The translations under genes were made by a program, and so were the position numbers. From contig JAFQHD010000214.1 of the NCBI GenBank assembly GCA_017398145.1, forward strand, positions 1-48,689: a stretch of DNA of 48,689 nucleotides, read 5' to 3'. The stretch's first letter is position 1. Each line of letters begins with the position of its first letter. This DNA comes from Clostridia bacterium (GTDB lineage Bacteria; Bacillota; Clostridia; Oscillospirales; CAG-272). Below the pieces are notes generated by a model that was not told the origin of the DNA, did not search any database, and was given only the letters and a program-made list of their open reading frames with translations. Below, piece after piece: positions 18,653 to 25,837 of the stretch.

Positions 18653-18848
18653 TGTATCGACCTCTGCCTGCACTGGATTTCACCACGGTTTTGCTACCGT
18701 CCGAATTGAGCGTATATATGGTACCGGTTTTTCTGTCATATGCGGTGATAGGAGTATTTGTTATCTTTTTCTTTTCGACCGCAAAACGAACGGCGGCATT
18801 TGCTCTTTCGACAACTTCTTCGTCAGAAATGTAATCCTTTCTGTCCAT
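18621..18848 (-). CDS. 75-aa protein, putative cognate antitoxin (no recognisable family)
   Basis: AAGGAG RBS and translational overlap with the zeta-like gene. A consensus promoter lies immediately upstream. Confidence 0.5.
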   Translation of the reverse strand: MDRKDYISDEEVVERANAAVRFAVEKKKITNTPITAYDRKTGTIYTLNSDGSKTVVKSSAGRGRYNERINNDKKA

Positions 18849-18886
18849 TAGATAACTCCTTTCTTATATTCTGTTTATTATATTAT

Positions 18887-18915
18887 ATTATATCATCTTA
18901 CGTCATTTGTGTCAA
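18887..18915 (-). promoter_or_regulatory. consensus sigma-A promoter for the two-gene toxin pair
   Basis: On the minus strand: TTGACA (18915-18910), 17-nt spacer, TATAAT (18892-18887). The -35 overlaps the PBP stop codon. Confidence 0.6.
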
Positions 18916-21011
18916 TGCCAATTACAATACTCCGTCGGCATATTATCCTCGGTATAGTAGCCCTTGGTTATACGGCTGCCGCAGGAGGAGTTAGCTAATT
19001 TGCCTGTTCCCGAGCAGATGTCCTTTACTATAACGCCCTCGTTCAATTCAAAATCCTTGGGGGTTATTCCCTTAGAAAAAATCTCCTGCTCGTGGAGCTT
19101 AGTCATAAACTTATCCCATACGTCTACGGCGGGACTCTTTATCTCGGAGAAGCCTGCAAGACTTCTTGAATTTTCATATGCGAACCATACGCCTGCCATA
19201 TAGTAGGGAGTATATCCCATAAACCATCTGTCCTTGTCGTAGGAGGTGGTTCCTGTTTTACCTGCACACTGAATGCGGTCATCAAGGGTGATACAGTCTG
19301 CCGTTCCGCTGTCTACAACGCCCTGAAGCATTTTCGTCATGATAGATGCATTGGGAGCGGAAATTACCTGTGAGGGTATACCCTCGTTGTCGATTATAAC
19401 ATTTCCGTAAGCATCCTCTATCTTAAGGATGGTGCGGTTACCTGTAAACACACCCTTGTTATTGAATATCTGATACGCACCGATAAGCTCACGGACGGTG
19501 ATTCCGTGGAGCATTCCGCCAAGGGCAAGAGCAGAGGCGTTTTTGTCGTTGACGGTGTAGCCCTGTGAGGTGGTCTCACTTCCCACAACGCTGTACATAT
19601 TAAGCTTATCGTGAACAAACTCATATGAGTTTTCGGGACCGTACTGCATTAAGAGCCTTACCGCAATAGTATTTACCGAACGGCGGATACCGTCGTATAC
19701 GGGAGTCAGACCTCTGTAGCCCTCGGGCCAGTTGGAGGGCCAAGGTCTGTCGTTAAGCTTAGTGTAATAGTTGTCCTCCACAAGGGTACTGTAGTGGATA
19801 AGTCCGGATTCAAGACAGGGACCGTATACCGCCACGGGCTTGATGGACGAGCCGGGGGAACGGGTACGCTCGGTAGCGTAGTTTGGGAACTCGTTGCTTG
19901 TCTTTTCCCATCTTGAGCCTACCACGGCAAGGATATCGGCGGTTGCGGGGTCGGTTATCACCATTGCCGACTGGGGCTGAGTGCCGTTATCTATACGCAT
20001 AAAGTTACTGCCATCGGCATAGAAGTCCGAAAGTAACGTCTGCACGTCGGGATCAACCACGGTGTATATTTTAAGATTATCCGAATAAAGCTTCTTTTCT
20101 GCTGCCGTAGCATCTATCTCGTATTTCTGAGAGATCAGCTTTATTGCATCGTCTATAACTACCTCTGTGTACCAGTCGTACACGGGGGTGTATTCTGGGT
20201 TGAAGGTAAACTCCTTTACGAGATAAGCGTTGTATTCTTCCTCACTTATCCTGCCCTTTTCCTTAAGAGAAGTAAGGATAGCTTCATAAGCCGCCTTGTT
20301 ACCTTCGGGATCGATACGGGAATCGTCTGCATTAATTATAGCACAGAGCATTGCAATATCCGCAGTATCAAGCTCACTTAAGCTCTTGCCGAAATATCCC
20401 ATAGAAGCGGCGTTGATGCCGTAGAGCTTATCGGAAAAGCGAAGGGTGTTGAGATATATTTCAGTGAGGATCTCTTTTCCGTATTTTTCTTCAAGGGCGG
20501 TTATCTGCCGTGAGTCTACGTTGCCATCACCTGTATATGTCTTTACAAGCTCAAGGGCAATGGGACTCTCTGGTGTTGCATATGCAGAGAAAAGCTCGGT
20601 TATTATTGCAGGAATAGTATCATACGTACTCCAATAGCTTCTGTCGTCGTATATGAGTTTGCCCGTATATGCCACAGGCGTGCCGTTACGTGCGGCTCTG
20701 TTCTCGGGAGTGGCATAATCCATATAGAATATATCCGCTACGGGATTGTCCTTAACGGTTATCAGCTTGTCAAATACCTCTATCCATTCGGGGGGGACGG
20801 TATCGAGGAGATTTGTGGTCTTTACCTCTTTTTCGCCGCAGAACTTACAGCTTCTTTCCTCGTTATATATCAGTCCGTCGGGGCTCTTTACCGTCACCTG
20901 CCATTCACCGTAAGAATGGTTGCAGGGCGGTTCTTCCTTTATTTCTGTTTTACATCCGACAAAAGCTGTCAAGATTGAAAATATACATAAAACGGCAACT
21001 AATCGCTTCAC
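18912..21011 (-). CDS. penicillin-binding protein, class-A-like lipoprotein with apparently degenerate glycosyltransferase module
   Basis: GTG start with AGAGGTG RBS and lipobox LTAFVGC. Transpeptidase motifs GSSIKP (SxxK) and GKTGTT (KTG) are present. From GT51, only KEILTEIYLN and YGINAASMGYFGK were found. Confidence 0.8.
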   Translation of the reverse strand: MKRLVAVLCIFSILTAFVGCKTEIKEEPPCNHSYGEWQVTVKSPDGLIYNEERSCKFCGEKEVKTTNLLDTVPPEWIEVFDKLITVKDNPVADIFYMDYATPENRAARNGTPVAYTGKLIYDDRSYWSTYDTIPAIITELFSAYATPESPIALELVKTYTGDGNVDSRQITALEEKYGKEILTEIYLNTLRFSDKLYGINAASMGYFGKSLSELDTADIAMLCAIINADDSRIDPEGNKAAYEAILTSLKEKGRISEEEYNAYLVKEFTFNPEYTPVYDWYTEVVIDDAIKLISQKYEIDATAAEKKLYSDNLKIYTVVDPDVQTLLSDFYADGSNFMRIDNGTQPQSAMVITDPATADILAVVGSRWEKTSNEFPNYATERTRSPGSSIKPVAVYGPCLESGLIHYSTLVEDNYYTKLNDRPWPSNWPEGYRGLTPVYDGIRRSVNTIAVRLLMQYGPENSYEFVHDKLNMYSVVGSETTSQGYTVNDKNASALALGGMLHGITVRELIGAYQIFNNKGVFTGNRTILKIEDAYGNVIIDNEGIPSQVISAPNASIMTKMLQGVVDSGTADCITLDDRIQCAGKTGTTSYDKDRWFMGYTPYYMAGVWFAYENSRSLAGFSEIKSPAVDVWDKFMTKLHEQEIFSKGITPKDFELNEGVIVKDICSGTGKLANSSCGSRITKGYYTEDNMPTEYCNWH

Positions 21012-21099
21012 TTCGCACCTCTAAAAATATCGTTAAATACAGTATATTCTATATTGTCGATAATTGTCAATATTATTTTAATATATATTATTATAATGC

Positions 21100-21128
21100 T
21101 TGACATTTGTTTTGACGTTCTATATAAT
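21100..21128 (+). promoter_or_regulatory. consensus sigma-A promoter for the 21163 operon
   Basis: TTGACA (21100-21105), 17-nt spacer, TATAAT (21123-21128). Confidence 0.6.
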
Positions 21129-21162
21129 TGTTTTGAATATTTTGCCCGTTTAGGAGAGGATT

Positions 21163-22551
21163 ATGATGACCGAAAGAATGAAGAATACCCTTGAATGCTA
21201 TACCAAGGAATGCACCGAATCTGTATTAAAGACTGATTTTGCGGCACTTTCAGAGATAGCTAAGGTAATAATCGACACAAAAAAGACCGGAGCTAAGATC
21301 TTCACCGCAGGCAACGGCGGCTCTGCGGCAACTGCCTCCCATATCTGCAACGACCTTGCAAAGGGGTGCAGAGTATACGACCGCATAGGCTTCAAGGCGG
21401 AGTGCCTTGCCGATTCTACCGCAGTTGTTACCTGTCTGGCAAACGATTTTTGCTATGACGAAATTTTTGAGATAATGCTCGAGACCAAGGCTAAGGAAGG
21501 CGACGTCCTTCTTATGTTCTCGGGCAGCGGAAACTCTCCCAATGTGGTAAGAGCTGCAGAAAAGGCTCAGCAGATGGGTATTACCACGATAGGCTTTTTA
21601 GGTCGTGACGGCGGTAAATTAAAAGCCTTCTGTGACCATTACGTAATAGCACCCACCGAGTCTATGGAGATGCTTGAGGATATGCATATGCTCTACGTTC
21701 ACGCACTGGTAGTTGCTATCCGTAACGAATTAAAGGATATGTGGGACATGGAGATAAAGAAGCCTCTTAAGAATCCCGCATTCAAAACTGCGCTCTTCGA
21801 CTTTGACGGAACCGTCAGTCTTATCAGAAGCGGCTGGCAGGATATTATGATCCCCTATTTTATAGAGGTACTGATGGCCGTTGCAAAGGACGAGACCGAG
21901 GCGCAGATAACCGAGGTCGTGCGCGACTTTGTTGATACTCTTACAGGCAAGCAGACCATATTCCAGTGTATGCGCCTTGACGAGGAGGTAGTAAAGCGCG
22001 GCGGCGAGCACGTTGATCCGGTTGAGTATAAGCACGAGTATTTAAGAAGACTTGAAATACATATTAAAGAGCGTAAAGAAGGTCTTGTAAACGGAACTAT
22101 CAAGCCCGAGGAGCTTATCGTTCCCGGATGTACCGACTTCGTATATGCACTTAAGGAAAAGGGAATCAAGTGCTACCTTGCCAGCGGCACAGACGAAAAG
22201 GACGTTCTCTACGAGGCAGGACTTCTCGGTCTTGACAAGGTCTTTGACGGACACATCTACGGAGCACACGACTATATGACAGACTGCTCCAAGGAGTTAG
22301 TAATAAAATCTCTTATCAAGGACGGCGGTATCAAGCCCGAAGAATTGATATCCTTTGGTGACGGCTACGTTGAGATAGAGCTGGTGCATGATATCGGCGG
22401 TTATACAGTAGGCGTTGCCACCGACGAGGACAGAAAATGCGGTATCAACTCTTGGAAGCGCAACAGACTTTTAGCGGCAGGCGCATCCATGATAATCCCC
22501 GACTTTGCAGATCATAAGAGACTTATCGAATACATAACCCGTGAGGTGTAA
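21163..22551 (+). CDS. fusion protein: GmhA-like SIS sugar-phosphate isomerase domain plus HAD-family phosphatase domain
   Basis: The N-terminal half has FTAGNGGSAATASHICNDL, SGSGNSPNV and MLEDMHMLYVHAL, collinear with sedoheptulose-7-P isomerase GmhA. The C-terminal half has LFDFDGTVS (DxDGT), ASGTDE and FGDGYVE HAD motifs. Confidence 0.75.
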   Translation: MMTERMKNTLECYTKECTESVLKTDFAALSEIAKVIIDTKKTGAKIFTAGNGGSAATASHICNDLAKGCRVYDRIGFKAECLADSTAVVTCLANDFCYDEIFEIMLETKAKEGDVLLMFSGSGNSPNVVRAAEKAQQMGITTIGFLGRDGGKLKAFCDHYVIAPTESMEMLEDMHMLYVHALVVAIRNELKDMWDMEIKKPLKNPAFKTALFDFDGTVSLIRSGWQDIMIPYFIEVLMAVAKDETEAQITEVVRDFVDTLTGKQTIFQCMRLDEEVVKRGGEHVDPVEYKHEYLRRLEIHIKERKEGLVNGTIKPEELIVPGCTDFVYALKEKGIKCYLASGTDEKDVLYEAGLLGLDKVFDGHIYGAHDYMTDCSKELVIKSLIKDGGIKPEELISFGDGYVEIELVHDIGGYTVGVATDEDRKCGINSWKRNRLLAAGASMIIPDFADHKRLIEYITREV

Positions 22552-22553
22552 AA

Positions 22554-23528
22554 ATGCCCTTTGAAAAATTTGACAGAAGCAAGCTGAATATTCTCCCCTT
22601 GAACGAGAGAATACACGACGTAGACCTTTCTCAGGTCTATAAAGATCCCGCCACCCATATCCCCGATTTTGAAAACAAAAATCTCCCCACCATAGCCAAG
22701 GCTGTCTGGGAGGCGAGAAGAAAATACGACGCTACCGTTCTTATGATGTACGGCGCACACGTTATCCGTACCGGTAACGCAGGCTATATGATAGAGCTGA
22801 TGAAAAAAGGCTTTGTCACCCACTTTGCCACCAACGGCGCAGGCTCTATCCACGATTTTGAGCTTGCTATGATAGGTCATACCTGTGAGAGCGTTGCAAA
22901 GTATATCTCCGAGGGACAGTTCGGTCTCTGGCAGGAGACCGGCATCATAAACGATATCATAAAAGAGGGCGCAAAGGATACTCTCGGCTGGGGCGAGGCT
23001 ATCGGCAGATATATCTGGGAAAACAACTTCCCCTACCGTGAGCAAAGCGTTCTTGCCATGGGATATCACTTAGGAGTTCCCTGTACCGTGCATATCGGTA
23101 TCGGTAACGATATCATCCACGAGCATCCCAACTGCGACGGCGCTGCTATGGGTATATGCTCCTATAACGATTTCCTTATCTACGCCCAGAGCGTGACCAA
23201 GCTGGAGAAAGGAGCTTTCCTTAACTTCGGTTCTGCGGTCGCAGGCCCCGAGGTATATCTGAAGGCTCTTGCTATGGCAAGAAACGTTGCCCATCAGAAC
23301 GGCGAGAAGATAACCGACTTTACCACGGCGGTGTTCGACCTTCTTGAAATAGACGAGGACGCGGATCACTCCTCTGCTCCTCCCAAGAGCGACCCCCGTT
23401 ACTATTTCAGACCTTGGAAGACCATTCTTGCAAGAACTGTTGCCGACGGCGGACAGAGCTTCTACATTAAGGGCGAGCATCAGAAGACAGTGCCGGCACT
23501 TGCTAAGCTGGTTTTAGAAATGAATTGA
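22554..23528 (+). CDS. uncharacterised 324-aa protein; weak by-eye resemblance to deoxyhypusine-synthase-like NAD-binding fold
   Basis: Translationally coupled (2-nt gap) to the SIS-HAD gene. VLMMYGAHVIRTGNAGYMIELMKKGFVTHFATNGAGSIHDFELA has the same pattern as the DHS segment ...SSGLR.II..L.K...VD.IVTT.GGIEED. This is a weak, by-eye comparison. Confidence 0.35.
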   Translation: MPFEKFDRSKLNILPLNERIHDVDLSQVYKDPATHIPDFENKNLPTIAKAVWEARRKYDATVLMMYGAHVIRTGNAGYMIELMKKGFVTHFATNGAGSIHDFELAMIGHTCESVAKYISEGQFGLWQETGIINDIIKEGAKDTLGWGEAIGRYIWENNFPYREQSVLAMGYHLGVPCTVHIGIGNDIIHEHPNCDGAAMGICSYNDFLIYAQSVTKLEKGAFLNFGSAVAGPEVYLKALAMARNVAHQNGEKITDFTTAVFDLLEIDEDADHSSAPPKSDPRYYFRPWKTILARTVADGGQSFYIKGEHQKTVPALAKLVLEMN

Positions 23529-23753
23529 CACTGTAGGTGTCATGAATTATCTTCGATATGAATTGTGCCGAAGGCACATGAATTGAAAGCCAATGGCTTT
23601 CATTAAGGAGGATTTTTGCTAAGGCAAAAATCAATTATGATTAAATACTTTTTGCCCAAAGGCCAAAAGTTACCTTAATGCATCGAAGATGCAATTCATG
23701 GCAAAGCCAATTCATGACCGAAGGTCAATTCATGTGCCTGCGGCACAATTCAT
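23520..23753. repeat. 234-nt dyad-symmetric element: 4x ATGAATT + ATTAAGG mirrored by CCTTAAT + 4x AATTCAT, interleaved with ten local hairpins
   Basis: ATGAATT at 23520, 23542, 23558 and 23578. ATTAAGG at 23602. CCTTAAT at 23673. AATTCAT at 23693, 23709, 23727 and 23747. Hairpins at 23526-42, 23548-58, 23564-78, 23584-602, 23611-32, 23647-70, 23680-92, 23699-709, 23715-27 and 23733-47. Confidence 0.85.
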
Positions 23754-23769
23754 TCCAAAGGAGTTTACT

Positions 23770-24795
23770 ATGGATTTAAATAGAATCATCGACCGTCTCG
23801 GTCACATAAAAGAAAAAAAGATCCTTGTTTTAGGCGATTACTGCCTTGACAAGTACGTATATTCGGATCCCGCAGAGGACGATGTTTCTCTTGAAACGGG
23901 AGTTGCAGCGTGGCAGATATACGGTAAAAAGATGGCTGCAGGTGCTGCAGGCACTATCACCAACAACCTTCGCGCTCTCGGTGCAGAGGTCATCTGCGTA
24001 GGTATCGTAGGTGATGACGGAGAGGGCTATGACCTGCTCAAGTGCTTAAAGCAGATCGGTGCTGACACCCGTTATATCATGGTAAGTGAGGAGATCACCA
24101 CCGCTACTTATCTTAAGAATATGCGTAAGCAGTCTGACGGTGAGTACCGTGAGGACACCCGACTTGATTTCCGTAACCGTTCTATCACAAGCGAATCTAT
24201 GTTTGAGGAGCTTGGATGTAACTTTGAAGAAGCGGTAAAGGAGGCTGACGGTATCATTGTATCCGATCAGTTCTTTGAAAGAAACTCGGGTGTCGTAGGC
24301 GATATTCTCCGTAAAAAGATAAACGAATTTGCAAAAAAATACGATAAACCCTTCCTCGTTGACTCCCGCGCTTTTGCCCGTGAGTATAAGGGAATGTATA
24401 TCAAGTGTAATAACTATGAGCTTATGAAATACTGCGGCGCCAAGGGCGATCCCGAATGTATGGAGGACGTGCTGCGCGGCGGTATGGAGATGAAAAACGA
24501 GGTCGGTCACTCAATATTTATTACCTGCAACAAGGACGGAATCAAGATCTTTGAGGATGAGATAAGCCATGTTCCCACATATCCCGTAGAGGGTGAAATA
24601 GACGTAACGGGTGCGGGAGATGCTTCTAACGCGGGTATCGTGCTTTCTTTGGCTCTCGGTCTTACTCCCACGGAGGCTGCGGCTGTAGCCTGCTGTGTTT
24701 CCTCTATCACCATTCAGCAGTTAGGTACCACGGGTACCGCTACGGTTGAGGGTGTTATAGAAAGACTTTATACTATTGACAAAATGATGAAATAA
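23770..24795 (+). CDS. PfkB/ribokinase-family sugar(-phosphate) kinase, HldE/RfaE kinase-domain-like
   Basis: AAGGAG RBS before the ATG at 23770. KILVLGDYCLDKYVY resembles the RfaE domain I start. DVTGAGDA is the PfkB signature 2. Confidence 0.75.
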   Translation: MDLNRIIDRLGHIKEKKILVLGDYCLDKYVYSDPAEDDVSLETGVAAWQIYGKKMAAGAAGTITNNLRALGAEVICVGIVGDDGEGYDLLKCLKQIGADTRYIMVSEEITTATYLKNMRKQSDGEYREDTRLDFRNRSITSESMFEELGCNFEEAVKEADGIIVSDQFFERNSGVVGDILRKKINEFAKKYDKPFLVDSRAFAREYKGMYIKCNNYELMKYCGAKGDPECMEDVLRGGMEMKNEVGHSIFITCNKDGIKIFEDEISHVPTYPVEGEIDVTGAGDASNAGIVLSLALGLTPTEAAAVACCVSSITIQQLGTTGTATVEGVIERLYTIDKMMK

Positions 24796-24805
24796 GGTGA
24801 AAGAT

Positions 24806-25837
24806 ATGTCAAAAAAACTGAGAATGGCAATAATAGGCTGCGGCGGTATCGCTTGCGGCGCTCATGCTTCAAACTATGATAATATAGACGATATAGAGAT
24901 CGTTGCGGTATGCGACATCAAGCCCGAGCGTATGGAGCTTATCAAGTCAAAATATAAGAGCTGTGCCGGTGCTTGGACGACCGAGGATTATATGGATATC
25001 GTCAACTGTCCCGATATTGATGCAGTTGATATCTGTACTCCCAACTACCTCCACGCACCTATAGCTATTGCCGCATTAAACGCAGGTTAGCACGTGCTTA
25101 CCGAAAAACCTGATGCTATGACCGTATCCGAGGTTGAAGCAATGAAGGAAGCCTCCGAGAAAAACGGCAAAGTCCTTATGGCTATGCGTAACAATCGCTT
25201 TACCCCGGCGGCTATATATGCAAGAAAAGCTATTGCCAATGATGAATACGGCAGATTTTATGCAGGACGCTGCGGATGGATACGCAGACGCGGTGTTCCG
25301 GGTGACGGCTCCTGGTTTGCAGATAAGTCAAAGTCGGGCGGCGGACCTCTTATAGATCTCGGCGTTAATATTATCGACCTTGCTATATTCCTTATGGGAA
25401 GCCCCAAGCCCGTGTCTGTCTCCGGCTCTACCTTCCGTGAGATAGCGGGCAAGAACGAAAAGGGCGGTCTTTTCGACGTAGAAGATCTGGCAATGGGCTT
25501 TATTAAGTTCGATAACGGAGCCTGCCTGCATATAGATTTCAGCTGGGCAACCAATATTGAAAAAGACACAAGATTTGTTGAGCTTCGCGGTACCAAGGCA
25601 GGTATCAAGATAGAAAACGACGAGCTGTCCGTTTACGGTGAAAAGTACGGCGTACAGTATGACGAAAAGCCCCGTCCCCGCGGAGAGTACGGTCACTGTG
25701 TGGCTATCCGCCACTTTGCCGATGTCGTGCTCAACGGTACAGATCCTGTTTTCGTTCCTCAGCAGGGCGTTGATATGATAAAGATACTTAATGCTATCTA
25801 CGAGTCTGCCGAAACGGGCAAGGAAGTTTTGCTTTAG
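24806..25837 (+). pseudogene. Gfo/Idh/MocA-family NAD(P) oxidoreductase interrupted by one in-frame TAG
   Basis: MAIIGCGGIACGAH Rossmann start. ...AALNAG-TAG(25088-25090)-HVLTEKP, where the family consensus is AGKHVLCEKP. The frame is otherwise continuous across ORFs 24797-25090 and 25094-25837. Confidence 0.75.

Noticed and set aside
23520-23753. CRISPR-like reading of the 7-nt repeats with variable spacers, and the small ORFs MNYLRYELCRRHMN (23543-23587) and MQFMAKPIHDRRSIHVPAAQFIPKEFT (23689-23769)
   Set aside because: The repeats are far too short (7 nt), the spacers are self-complementary, and the array is mirrored, none of which fits CRISPR. The small ORFs have no RBS and appear to be by-products of the repeat periodicity. 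The PfkB gene has a proper AAGGAG RBS at its internal ATG (23770).
25088-25090. TAG as pyrrolysine or other programmed recoding
   Set aside because: As far as I know, pyrrolysine is essentially confined to methylamine methyltransferase genes in organisms carrying pylTSBCD. Nothing in the window supports that, and the position is a consensus Lys reachable by one substitution. It is kept only as a low-probability alternative in the finding.
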